Notes: a model not told the origin generated them from the letters alone. A DNA stretch of 63,916 nt, filler included, from Octopus bimaculoides (GCF_001194135.2; 9 parts of 8 records of this genome joined end to end with filler, not necessarily neighbours in it); one strand, 5' to 3'. Numbered from the whole stretch's first letter, positions 39,764 through 52,974 are shown. Made by a program: numbers and translations.

Positions 39764-40251
39764 CTGTGCCTTCGCAGGTTTTGTCGGTGTGTGGTTGCTG
39801 TGATGTAATCACTATAAACATGGCACTTTACCTCCACCTTTTGTCTAATTCATTATTCAAGGCAGAAATGCAGCAATTTTATAATCTCCGCAGGTTTTGC
39901 TCATAATGTAATTATATCCAGACTTCCATTTCCATGTGTCTTTAGTTATCGTCCCCATCAGATCTCAGGACTGGAAAAGAAAACATTTTTCTCTTTAGCG
40001 AAGATATATATTTTTAACATGTGAATTGAAATTCTAATATTTATATTCTAGGGTCCTAAATAATCAACGGATTATTAATCTACTTATCGTTTATACTAAA
40101 TAGGTATTATGTATCAGTGTTGTTTTATTTGTTATCCTTTCATCTCATTTTTACATGATTTTTATTGTTTCTATATATTTTCTCCGTATCAGCCGTTTAT
40201 ATAATAATGAATGTTTCTTTTAGCTTTGCCATTTCATTCTATTTTTCTTAC

Positions 40252-40548
40252 ATTTATTGCTATAATCGTCCTCCGTAATCTTTTGAACAATATTCTTTGC
40301 ACANNNNNNNNNNNNNNNNNNNNNNNNNNNNNNNNNNNNNNNNNNNNNNNNNNNNNNNNNNNNNNNNNNNNNNNNNNNNNNNNNNNNNNNNNNNNNGTAG
40401 TCTTTGCATGAAATTGATAATCCTTTCCGGCTGGGCGGTAGAAGGTATTTTTGCTGTTAACGTGTATCACAGTTGGGGTAACAGAGCGATTTGCGCAGCC
40501 GAAGAAACGGCGTACGCGGTCGCAGAATTTTCTCATTCTACTTGGCAT
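40252..40548 (-). CDS. Candidate first coding exon: MPSRMRKFCDRVRRFFGC...(gap)...VQRILFKRLRRTIIAIN
   Basis: aaaATG context, CpG-rich island in AT-rich DNA, donor AAT|GTAAGA in phase 0 if the 93-N gap length is correct. Confidence 0.5.
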
Positions 40549-41522
40549 TTTTCAAGTATAAATTACAATTCAGCAAGATAAATATATGAACTAATTGAAT
40601 GCAAGCAATCAAAGAATTATATAATATCCTTAAGAAGTTGATTTGTAGCGTCAGTTAGGCAACTGAAAGAAGTAAAAAGTGAAAATATTTTTCGAATGGT
40701 ATACGTCACAATCTTTGTTGATTATGAGATTGTGACGTCGAAAAGTAAGCGAATAAGCAGAATCATCGTAGCGTTGGCTGGAATATCATTACATACTTTT
40801 AGCAATGCTTTGTTATCTGATTTCGAATTCCAGCGATTCCAACGTCATTCTTTTCCTTTTAATATTTTGAAGTTGGGAAATAAAATAATTAGTATTAAAC
40901 TAAACTACAGAATTGGTTGTATTTCATCATTATTGCAAATGTACATACTAACGCATAAAACTTTTTATAGTGAATTGGTGTGTGCAAAAAAAAAAAAAAA
41001 ATCATTCCCGGTGAAACAAATGTGTTTAGAAGAACCAGATTTTGAAGAATCCTTCACTTAGATCTGAAGCTAACTCAGGTTCTATCACGGGTAAAATTGT
41101 TTTTTACAGCATTTGTTCTGAATCTAGAATACTTTATGTTTTGGTGCATTAATGTTAGAGAATTGCTGACAGTCAGCTGGGTTAATCTGTCCATTTGATA
41201 AGCCTGATTTACTTGCAATCTTCTTCAAGATGCTAGCTTGTCTGAAGATCTGGCTATTCAACGAGGGTCCCTGCAGCTTACAGTTTGTAATGGAGAACAT
41301 GTTATAATACTCAGAAAAAAACAGAGAATTGACGCAACACACACGCTAAACCCCTTACCTATCTCTCCCCCTCTCTGTTTATATGTGTGTATGTATCTGT
41401 ATGCACACACACACACACACACGCACACACACACATACACACGCACATTTATATTCATGGATGCCAACCCGCCAAGAAAATATATACACATTGAATGATA
41501 ATGATTATAAAGTCAGTGATCA

Positions 41523-42108
41523 TTAAATTACGTTTAAGTTTCGAAATTTAATAGAATCTGAAGACTTTAAATGAAACCCTGTTGTCAAAGTATTGAACGT
41601 TCTGGTCCGGGAACTATTGTTAATGCGAGGCGGTAGAATGGCAAGCATCAAGAAAACTTTCGTTCGGTATTTTGCGCTTTCCCAAGCAATGGCTCCTTTA
41701 ATTCTTTGACTGTTGCCGGTTCTGTACAGTCGAATCCATCTTTTATATATCACAATGAAAAGCGTAATGGTGCGAGGTAAACAGAATGTATTTTATAGAA
41801 CCTCTTCGTCTAATCTTCCTGTAATTTTTATCTGTGGGGTCACACAAAAGAGGTGTACAAGACAAAACCTCGCACACTGGAGGACTTGGAGGCACAGGAG
41901 GTTCTCAATGATATCCCAGATGACGTCCTTCAGAAGGTTGTTCATTCCAGCCCTGGCCGTTTGAGGAAACTGGTCGACGCCACAGGTGCTTACGTTGAAA
42001 TACGAAGATTTACTTTCATTTTATGTCATAAAAAACGTATCATTGGTTTCAGTAAATTCGTTAAAAGAAATATGGATTTTATTATCCATGTTCAATGCTT
42101 ACTTACTT

Positions 42109-42117
<9 letters not shown>
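41523..42117. mobile_element. Tc1/mariner remnants: N-terminal-like piece (-) joined to a C-terminal piece (+)
   Basis: (+) FYLWG..EVYKTKPRTLEDLE...GRLRKLVDATGAYVE; (-) IYKRWIRLYRTG. Confidence 0.65.
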
Positions 42118-42139
<22 letters not shown>

Positions 42140-42244
42140 CACACNNNNNNNNNNNNNNNNNNNNNNNNNNNNNNNNNNNNNNNNNNNNTTAATTAATTAA
42201 NNNNNNNNNNNNNNNNNNNNNNNNNNNNNNNNNNNNNNNNNNNN

Positions 42245-42297
<53 letters not shown>

Positions 42298-42471
42298 GTG
42301 GAACGAAATTACAGTTTCACTGACAGTGCACAAATTTAGAACGAAAGATTAACATTACATCGCACATATATCATATATACACGCGCACGCCCGAATATAT
42401 ACACACGCAAGCGCGCGCAAATGGAGGAATATAAACGTACATGTATTTACGTATGCACGTTATGTGCGTAT

Positions 42472-43260
42472 GCGTGGCTGTGGTGCTGTGGTGTGAGAAG
42501 GAAGATTGCTGCCCGACTGCATGGTTCGGGGCTCAATTCGACTGCGTGGGTATCTTCGGCAAGTGTCTTCTAGTATAACCTCGGGCCGACCAAAACCTTG
42601 CGAACGGATATGGTAGACGGAAACTAAAAGAAGACCGTTGTATACATACATACATACATACATACATGCATACATACATACATACATGCATACATGCATA
42701 CACACATACATAAATAAATACATACATGCATACATGAATACATACATACATGCATACATCCATACATACATAAATACATACATACATACATGCATACATA
42801 CATACATGCATACATACATACGTATATAAATACATACATGCATACATGCATACATACATGCATACATACATATATACATACATACATACATAAACACATA
42901 CATACATGCATACATACATACATACATACACGCATACACATATACATACACGCATGCATACATACATACATAGATACACGCATACACATATACATACACG
43001 CATATATACATACATACATACATAAATACATACATACATGCATACATGCAAACATATACGTGTGTGTGCGCGTGTATATTTCTGTCTGTTTCTACCCTAT
43101 CACAGTTTCGCGTTGGTGTGTTAACGCCCCCGTAAACTAGCGGTTCGGCAAAAGTATCAGGCTTTGAAAAATAAAATACGAGTGTCCATCATTGCTCAGA
43201 CTACTGAATCATTAAACTACGGCCCCACTCATGGCAGTTGTCGAATGATTCAGTCGAATA
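42472..43260 (+). mobile_element. SINE family A with a ~430 bp internal (TACA/TGCA)n expansion
   Basis: Head 42472-42640, satellite 42641-43075, diverged body 43085-43260. Confidence 0.75.
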
Positions 43261-43310
43261 AATATAGGTGTGTGTGTGTGTGCGTGTGCGTATCTGTGTG
43301 CCTGCGTGAG

Positions 43311-43368
<58 letters not shown>

Positions 43369-43477
43369 TACACACACGCACACACACACAAGCACACACA
43401 CACGCACAGATGTCTATATGGTAAAATATGTATAAATATATATATATTGGACAAAGCTGGGCTACAATACATGACGT

Positions 43478-43788
43478 TTCTCCAACGTACTGCGGAGTGA
43501 GACTGCGTAGTGCCTTCTACTATAGCCCCAGGTCGACCAAAGTCTTTTGAGTGGATTTGGTAGACGGATATATGTATATGTATGTGTATATATGTGTGTT
43601 TGTGTGTCTGTGTTTGTCCCACCAATATCACTTGACAACAAATGCTGGTGTGTTTACGCCCCCGTAACCTAGCGATAGAATAAGTACTAGGCTTCCAAAG
43701 AATAAGTCCTGGGGTCGATTTGCTAGACTAAAGGTGGTACTCCAGCATGGCCGCAGTCAAATGACTGAAACAAGTAAAGAGTAAAGAG
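43478..43788 (+). mobile_element. SINE family A copy
   Basis: Partial head, TA tract, body, tail ending aaacaagtaaagag. Confidence 0.85.
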
Positions 43789-44263
43789 TATTTATATATA
43801 TTCATACGAGTATATACGAGGGGTGTATGAATGACATGTATCAATTTGTCTGTCTATCTGCCTGTCTATCTGTCTGTCTCTCTGTCTCTGTCTGTTTCTA
43901 TCTGTCTGCCTGTCAGTTTCTCTCAATATATATACACACATGCATATCAATGTATGTATGAAAACCATTATGCTTCGCAGTTATGACGAAAGAGGACATT
44001 CACATATGGAATACATGCTACAGAATGTGCAGTCCCCACTGATAACAAGTGATTCTGCTTTAATCCCAAATGTCACATTATCTCTTTGAAGTAGTCTCGT
44101 CCATTTATCAACAGTTCCTCTGTCGTAAGAAAAACATTGGCTCTCGAGGCACCGACGGCGAAGCGAAGAGAAAAAAATGCGTGAATTAAAACTCACATGG
44201 TGATCTATTATTTTCCGTACTGCCATTTATAGATACATACATTGACACACACATGCATTCATA

Positions 44264-44316
<53 letters not shown>

Positions 44317-44839
44317 NNNNNNNNNNNNNNNNNNNNNNNNNNNNNNNNNNNNNNNNNNNNNNNNNNNNNNNNNNNNNNNNNNNNNNNNNNNNNNNNNNNN
44401 NNNNNNNNNNNNNNNNNNNNNNNNNNNNNNNNNNNNNNNNNNNNNNNNNNNNNNNNNNNNNNNNNNNNNNNNNNNNNNNNNNNNNNNNNNNNNNNNNNNN
44501 NNNNNNNNNNNNNNNNNNNNNNNNNNNNNNNNNNNNNNNNNNNNNNNNNNNNNNNNNNNNNNNNNNNNNNNNNNNNNNNNNNNNNNNNNNNNNNNNNNNN
44601 NNNNNNNNNNNNNNNNNNNNNNNNNNNNNNNNNNNNNNNNNNNNNNNNNNNNNNNNNNNNNNNNNNNNNNNNNTATATATATGTACGTATATATTTATTT
44701 ATTTATATTTATATTTATGTATGTCTATATATATAAATTTATGTCTCTACATACGTGTATGTTTGTTTGAATTTTTGTATAGATATGCATACGTATGCTA
44801 GTATATATGTGTGCGTGTGCGTTTGTTTGCTTGTGAGTG

Positions 44840-44875
<36 letters not shown>

Positions 44876-46802
44876 TGTATGCGTTTATGTGTGTATGTAT
44901 GTATGGAAATATTTACGTACATACATAGATACATTTTACATGCATACTTGCATATATTGAAACAAGATTCAGAGACACTATAGAATACTATACCCTCAGC
45001 TCAACAGGCTCGACATAAAGACACATTAATCATCCTAGACTATTCCGAAAACCTAACAAACAAGATGATTAATAAATGCTTACATAACAACGCACTCGTT
45101 CCTCAACCGTATATATTACATCCTTGATTTCTTTTACCTCTTCTGTTTGATACTACAATGCCATCTTCTAAATCGATTCATATTAAGGCTCACCCGAAAA
45201 TCAACTCAGTCTTTCATCTCTTTAACATGTTTTTAAGTCTTGACGAATAGCTTTCATTGCAATAAATGTCAAATAGTCTATATCGTCACATATGATCTAA
45301 ATGGAGAACACTTCTTGCCAATGCCTTCCATAGATATCCAGTATCATTAGTTAAGCAAAATATAAACTACATTAAGTTTACCATCTTCAGAGACCTGCCG
45401 GTTATGATGGGCATAAACACGTCCTCGAGTCTAAATTATGCACACAACCGTAGATAATATGAATGTTTGTATGTATATATTTGTATTACTGTGAGTTGTT
45501 ATATGTACACACACTCACACAGACATGCAGACATACACAAATAGACACACACACAGACACACACTTAGACACACACCTACACTAATACACACACATATAT
45601 ACATATGTATGAATATACAAGGTTTTCGGGCTACATAAGACGACTTCAAGTCTCCTGTTTCTTTTTTGCTGGAACACCTTGATGTATTTGGCGAAGAGTC
45701 TACGAGGTTGGAGCGTATAAATGTTATAGAAGAGGTAAAGAAGAATTTAGCCAACATGGAGGACCGGAAGCCATCTGAATATTGCAAAAGAATACATACA
45801 TATATATATATAGATATATTAGAAGGTTTGGAGGTGATGTACAGGAATTATATATTAGAAAAAATAATAAGGTACTCAGATATGTGGATGGTTGCACGTT
45901 TACAGATTTTTATTAATATGTCACGTGTTTTTTATAAATTAGCGCTTGCATCTATTCTAGTAGACTCTCCAGATTTAATTTTTCTTGAGAGGATTTGTCT
46001 CTTTTTATAGTATTATTGAATATGTAGGGGTGGTGAGAGATATATAGGATAGTAAAAGAGGGTGAGGAATGGGAAGAAAGTGAGAGAGAGAGTGTGTGTG
46101 TTTTGTGTGTGTGTGTGTGTGATTTTGTGTGTGTGTGTTTTGTGTTTGTGTGTGCGTGTGCGCGCGCACCTGTTTATCTGAAAGGAGTGTCAATGGGAAA
46201 GAGAAGAAAAGAAAGAAGGGAGAATGAAAGAAGAAAGAAAATTGTGTTTACAGCTGGTCAGTTCTTTCAATAGAAGAAAAGTTGATTCTTGGCCTTTAAA
46301 AATGGCAATACCAGGTGGCTATTTAAGAAAGTTATTTTTCAAAATGTTGGCATCATTGTCCAGTGAAAGAGAGTGGGTGTGTTTGTGTGTGTGTGTGTGT
46401 GTGTATGTGTGTGTGTCTATGTGTGTGCGTGTGTGTGTGTGTGTGTGCCTGTGTATCTGAAAGGAGTCTCAATGGAAAAGAGAAGGAAAGAAAGAAGGAA
46501 GAAAGGACGAAGTAGAAATTGTGCCTACATCTATACAGCTGGTTAGTTCAATAAATTTTTCATAAAAGGAACGAGACAAATATGAAGACCAATTAAACCA
46601 GGTTCAATTCCAGTTGGCACGAAAATGTCCCACTCTCTGGGTTTCTTGCCCTTTTTAGGCTCTGTTGTTCCAAAGTTGAATAAAGATTAAGAATAATGAA
46701 ATATTGTGTTGAATCAATGAGTGGGGTATCTAAATATTGGTAAGTTCGTTTTGTCATAGGCATGCATCAAAAATAAATATAAAATAGCATTTCTGTAGTC
46801 AT

Positions 46803-46898
46803 TTGCCAATACAAATTGGCAAATGGTGCCATTGTTTTAGATATTAAAATAGAAGTTCTCAAATAGTTTTGGCACCATTTGCCGATTCATATTGGTAA
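46803..46898. repeat. 29-bp imperfect inverted repeat (mini fold-back)
   Basis: 46803-46831 vs 46870-46898, 25/29 complementary. Confidence 0.7.
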
Positions 46899-46904
46899 AC
46901 TAAA

Positions 46905-47145
46905 AGAAGCCCGTCGTATATATATATATATATATATGTATACGTTTGTGTTCTCTGATTGTCCACACACCATCATTTGACAACCGATGCTGGTGTGTTT
47001 TCGTCCTCTTAGCGTTTCGGCAAAAGAGACCGATAAAATAAATACTATGCTTACAAAGAATAAGTCTTACGGTCAATTTGTTCGACTAAAGGCGGTGCTC
47101 CAGCATGGCCGAAGTCAAATATCTGAGACAAATAAAGGAATAAAA
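46905..47145 (+). mobile_element. SINE family A body/tail
   Basis: aagaagcccgtcg TA-tract ... ggcggtgctccagcatggcc. Confidence 0.8.
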
Positions 47146-47685
47146 GAATGTGTATGTATAAACCTACGTGCGTACACACAAATACAAACGCATGTATGAA
47201 TGCTAACNNNNNNNNNNNNNNNNNNNNNNNNNNNNNNNNNNNNNNNNNNNNNNNNNNNNNNNNNNNNNNNNNNNNNNNNNNNNNNNNNNNNNNNNNNNNN
47301 NNNNNNNNNNNNNNNNNNNNNNNNNNNNNNNNNNNNNNNNNNNNNNNNNNNNNNNNNNNNNNNNNNNNNNNNNNNNNNNNNNNNNNNNNNNNNNNNNNNN
47401 NNNNNNNNNNNNNNNNNNNNNNNNNNNNNNNNNNNNNNNNNNNNNNNNNNNNNNNNNNNNNNNNNNNNNNNNNNNNNNNNNNNNNNNNNNNNNNNNNNNN
47501 NNNNNNNNNNNNNNNNNNNNNNNNNNNNNNNNNNNNNNNNNNNNNNNNNNNNNNNNNNNNNNNNNNNNNNNNNNNNNNNNNNNNNNNNNNNNNNNNNNNN
47601 NNNNNNNNNNNNNNNNNNNNNNNNNNNNNNNNNNNNNNNNNNNNNNNNNNNNNNNNNNNNNNNNNNNNNNNNNNNNNNNNNNNNN

Positions 47686-47716
<31 letters not shown>

Positions 47717-48202
47717 GCATTGATACATACATATTTAATATATTCTAGAAGTCCATAACATATCGATACGGTAACATACGGTTTTTGGTAGTCAGTCCAT
47801 ATTTAATTACTCATTCTACGTCAGTCTCTAAAGATGTTATCACTTTCGTGTTCTAAAATAGAATATCATTGATATCACAAAAAGATACATCTTTCACACA
47901 TTTACATTTTAGGATATTTCTGTTATCATTCAATTAGTTAATACGAAATTATGCATGATATATCTATTTTTTTTTTCTATGGCGACACTTCAAAAGTACA
48001 AATCTAATTTATTTCCCTACGAATTTTAATGTCACATATATATATGTGGGAATAATATTTTTGGTAGTTAATTAGGAAATTCTGAAGTATATGCATATGA
48101 AATAGACTTATACGGTAAACGTAGAAATAATTTGTGTAGACATATGTAAGAATTTGCCCACTATGTATAAGTATGAAGATATACATTAATTTCTATTATT
48201 AC

Positions 48203-48236
<34 letters not shown>

Positions 48237-48503
48237 GAGTGAGAGAGTAGTGCATGCCATCAAAGTGACACTGGGATAGAATATACAAAGCCCATTATAC
48301 CCATCATGACTACTCGTCTGATAAGGGCACACCAGACACATGCATCACAACCATATGTCCGCGACATGGGGATTTCATATCAAGATAAACAGTGCATGAC
48401 CTCGCAGGTGGGGCCCAGTTAGAATTTTCTTCTGGTCGAGTAGCCCATCCCGCTCAAAAAGTCCCCGAATAAGGTTTGCTTAAGGATGTTGAGCAAAACA
48501 CCC
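48237..48503 (-). mobile_element. 3' end of a retroelement with an (ATA)n tail, set in ATT repeats
   Basis: Complex sequence ending ...ctctctcactc-aataataat, with (ATT)n on both sides of the adjacent gap. Confidence 0.55.
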
Positions 48504-48812
48504 NNNNNNNNNNNNNNNNNNNNNNNNNNNNNNNNNNNNNNNNNNNNNNNNNNNNNNNNNNNNNNNNNNNNNNNNNNNNNNNNNNNNNNNNNNNNNNNNN
48601 NNNNNNNNNNNNNNNNNNNNNNNNNNNNNNNNNNNNNNNNNNNNNNNNNNNNNNNNNNNNNNNNNNNNNNNNNNNNNNNNNNNNNNNNNNNNNNNNNNNN
48701 NNNNNNNNNNNNNNNNNNNNNNNNNNNNNNNNNNNNNNNNNNNNNNNNNNNNNNNNNNNNNNNNNNNNNNNNNNNNNNNNNNNNNNNNNNNNNNNNNNNN
48801 NNNNNNNNNNNN

Positions 48813-48865
<53 letters not shown>

Positions 48866-48873
48866 CATTATTA

Positions 48874-48953
<80 letters not shown>

Positions 48954-49254
48954 ATTATTATAATTATTATTACTATTATTATTATTACTATTATTATTAT
49001 TATAACTATTAAGGTTATATAGGACTGAGGTAACTTCTCCAGAAGTTATAGAGAAATAAAATAAATTCACATGATAACTATGGGACTCTTCCATTTTTTA
49101 TTTCTGTATAACTCGTGGAGGAGTTACTTCAGACCTTTATAATCTTAACAAAAAATGAAGTAGACTGACATGTAATTTTTGAACCTGTGGAAGGTACGCT
49201 AGATCCCGAAGTATCGTTCAACCAATTTCATATGATAGCTATGGCACTCTTCTA

Positions 49255-49505
49255 TTCAGCGTGACACAGAGTGTGACAAGGCTAGTCCCTTGAAATACAG
49301 GTAAAACAGAATAAGGAAGAGAGAGTGAGAGAAAGTTGTGGCGAAAGAGTAGCAGCAGGGGTCGCCGCCACCCCTTGCAGGAGCCTCGTGGAGCTTTAGG
49401 CGTTTTCGCTCAATAAACATTCACAACGCCCGCTCTGGGAATCGAAACCGCGATCCTATGACCGCGAGTCCGCTGCCCTAACCACTGAGTTATTGCGCCG
49501 CCACT
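49255..49505 (-). mobile_element. tRNA-derived SINE family D, 3' truncated
   Basis: Reverse complement of 19994-20240. Confidence 0.85.
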
Positions 49506-50328
49506 GATGGGTCGTAACGAGTAGCCATCAACAGTAATTGCCGGAACAGGAGTGGCCACATTTGGTGGCAGCAGCAGCAGGAATAATGCCGCACTCCCTT
49601 CTCTGTTGCCAGAATAGCACTGGCATGATACTTGCTTATAATGGATTTCAAATAATATTTTGGTTAAATTAACCCCTTCAGTATATTGCAGCTCTGAAGA
49701 AGGTAACGTATTCTTTCAGTCTAAAGACAATGTATCAATTTATTAATATGATTACCCTATCACGCCACACATCTTCATTATTTTATCGGAAACATAAGTA
49801 AATTTAAAATAAATGTACAAAAGCTGTTATCTATTACTCTATAACAACACACCAATTTTACAATGTGGCTGTACTCTGATTTAAAAATTTTCCACGTGGT
49901 AACATAACAGTTCAGATTATCGGGATTCCCACTTCCGTAAATGGACGGATATTTTAGCCAGGCGTATCCTCCTCTACAGGGAACTTATATATACATATAT
50001 GCGCGCGCGTGTGTGTGTACACAGCGAAAGAGAAAGTGAGAGAGAAAGAGAGAGATGCAGTAAGATAACATTCTTTATTAGCCACACAGGGCTGAACACA
50101 GATGGGACAAATACAATGTAGAGTTTTTCTTTTCGATGGGGCAAAAAAAAAAAAAAGTAGGGACAACCATCAAAAGGAATCGAAAACGTTTGGGGTATGT
50201 ACAAGAAAGATAAATGTATACAAAAAGTTCCCAAGAAATGTGGATGTTTATCCGTGGAAAGAAAAACCTACGAAAAGACGACGGTAACATCGGGCAATAA
50301 TGTTACATGTTAATAGATTAAATTACAC

Positions 50329-50362
<34 letters not shown>

Positions 50363-50594
50363 TGTTACTGTAATTATTCAGGATATTATGCGACGTGTAT
50401 GTTTCATTGTATTTTGTAATTGCTTAAATCTTGGAGGACACAGTCATGCTTATTTTATTTACCAAATGAAATTATTGAAGAAAGAGACAATGAATTCCTT
50501 TCCAGCCTGGAATAAGAATCCCGATGCACCAAAGGAATACTTACAACCACTCACGAAATTTTTAGTAGATAAATAATTCCTAATTCATTTATTC

Positions 50595-50643
<49 letters not shown>

Positions 50644-51580
50644 CTTATGCCGATGTTAGTCTTATATTCTCGGGATATATTGGGTTGTTGTATTGTGTCC
50701 TCTTCATATTTGTATTCTTTTGGGTTTTTTACTTCTTCTTCTTTCCCCTTGACATGCATCTTTGTTAATGTCAGAAGATTAAAAGATAGCTTGAAACTGG
50801 TCAATTCATATAAAATTCCAATCACGATTACTATCTTACAGCGTACATAGAATAAATTTGTGGAGAGAATTATTAAACATTCCAGCGGTTAGTGTTTCAA
50901 AATTGTTATGTTTTAAATCCTCCTTTGTTTTGTTTTTTGTTTGCATTTTTGTTGATTCTTGTTGTTGTTGCTTTTTGCGGCTCCTGCTGTTATTATTATT
51001 AATGTCCATACCGATGCGAATTGCTCAACTGAAAAACATGAATAAGTATTTCTTTTTTTCAGTGTCATCATACACATTTGTAAACAACTATTTATATACA
51101 CTCTCGCTCTCACATACACGCACATGTGTAAATGCATACATACATATACATATACTCATATTTATAGACATGAGTATATGTACACACACACATGCAGAAA
51201 CATACACATATACATACATACGTATATATATAATGTATATATATATATATATNNNNNNNNNNNNNNNNNNNNNNNNNNNNNNNNNNNNNNNNNNNNNNNN
51301 NNNNNNNNNNNNNNNNNNNNNNNNNNNNNNNNNNNNNNNNNNNNNNNNNNNNNNNNNNNNNNNNNNNNNNNNNNNNNNNNNNNNNNNNNNNNNNNNNNNN
51401 NNNNNNNNNNNNNNNNNNNNNNNNNNNNNNNNNNNNNNNNNNNNNNNNNNNNNNNNNNNNNNNNNNNNNNNNNNNNNNNNNNNNNNNNNNNNNNNNNNNN
51501 NNNNNNNNNNNNNNNNNNNNNNNAAAGGTGTATGAACAAAAAGCAAGTGTACTAGTTTGACGTTCGGGAAAAATGAATAA

Positions 51581-51620
51581 GTCTTTCACGTTTCGAGCTT
51601 GCGCTCTTCATCAGTGAGGA
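51581..51620 (-). ncRNA. Degenerate hammerhead motif in a short repeat
   Basis: CTGATGA A GAGC-GCAA-GCTC GAAA CGTG; triplet GUG, stem I not paired. Confidence 0.45.
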
Positions 51621-51965
51621 ATAAGAGAAAATAAACAGGGAGAGAATGAAAAAAAACTTGTAGATTTCAGCAGTTCAGCATGGAGAAATATATTTATATA
51701 TATATACAGTTGTATCTTCATGTAATTTTTAAAATTCAATTTATAAATCCTTTATCATTTAAATGTTATATTCTCAGATTGTCTGTCCATCTGTCTTCCT
51801 GTCAATATTTCAATCTTTATCTGATTTCATAGTAACTACGATCAGCAATACCGCTGTTTCTATTTTATACAACTTCCTTTTTCTTCTTTTCCAACTCTAC
51901 GTTAACTTCACTTTTCATTCACCTGCTACTAATGCAGATTACCTTTTTTCTGTCTATATATAGAC

Positions 51966-51999
<34 letters not shown>

Positions 52000-52309
52000 A
52001 ACTTGGAAAAGGAGGCGTGGCGTTCGATCATATACTGATATAATTAATATATAAATATGTGTATATGTACATACATATATGTATACACCTACATGTATAT
52101 GTATATATACATGCATACATGGGTACAGGACATCAAACGAAAAAAACGTAGACAGAATAAGAAACGAGAACATAAAAAAAACAAAAACATAGAAAACGAA
52201 CTTTTTTCGAACAACGAAAAAAGCAGAGAAACGAGACATGCAACATAAAGAACATTCCCTTCATCAGTTGTCCCCTGTTTTGTCCCCGTGTATAAATATA
52301 TATATACCC

Positions 52310-52345
<36 letters not shown>

Positions 52346-52974
52346 NNNNNNNNNNNNNNNNNNNNNNNNNNNNNNNNNNNNNNNNNNNNNNNNNNNNNNN
52401 NNNNNNNNNNNNNNNNNNNNNNNNNNNNNNNNNNNNNNNNNNNNNNNNNNNNNNNNNNNNNNNNNNNNNNNNNNNNNNNNNNNNNNNNNNNNNNNNNNNN
52501 NNNNNNNNNNNNNNNNNNNNNNNNNNNNNNNNNNNNNNNNNNNNNNNNNNNNNNNNNNNNNNNNNNNNNNNNNNNNNNNNNNNNNNNNNNNNNNNNNNNN
52601 NNNNNNNNNNNNNNNNCTTAAGACGGTGGCAGTGATATCCGATAATGGATCCAAGCGATGTATTTCATTTTACCAAGTGTCAGTAAAAAATTATAAAAAT
52701 TCGAAGAAAAACAGTTTATCTTCTGTTTGGGGTCAAGAACATGTCTGGAGAGCTTTCGTTGTAGTCTTTTTCAAATATAGCTTGGTATACAGTTCAATGA
52801 GTTGGATAGTGAGAGAAATGGCGGCTTTCGTCTAAAAGAAATCTTTGTATGTTTCTGCCAAGGGAGTGGCTAAAAAGCATTTATTGAATAGATTTTTACG
52901 TCAAACTGTGTGTGTTTGTGTTTGTGTGTTTGTGTGTGCGTGTGTAGTGTGTGTGTGTATGTGTGTGTGTGTGT

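Noticed and set aside
43981-44226. Minus-strand ORF with a GTGAGT donor-like site
   Set aside because: Weak acceptors and no consistent phase link to the gene model
47775-47830. Minus-strand ctgacgtag...aaaaaccgta hammerhead-like string
   Set aside because: Both conserved boxes are broken
52230-52275. Minus-strand CTGATGA followed by a weak stem
   Set aside because: No GAAA or stem III follows
52810-52830. Second YY1-like AAATGGCGGC
   Set aside because: An isolated short motif with no ETS partner or useful ORF; expected by chance
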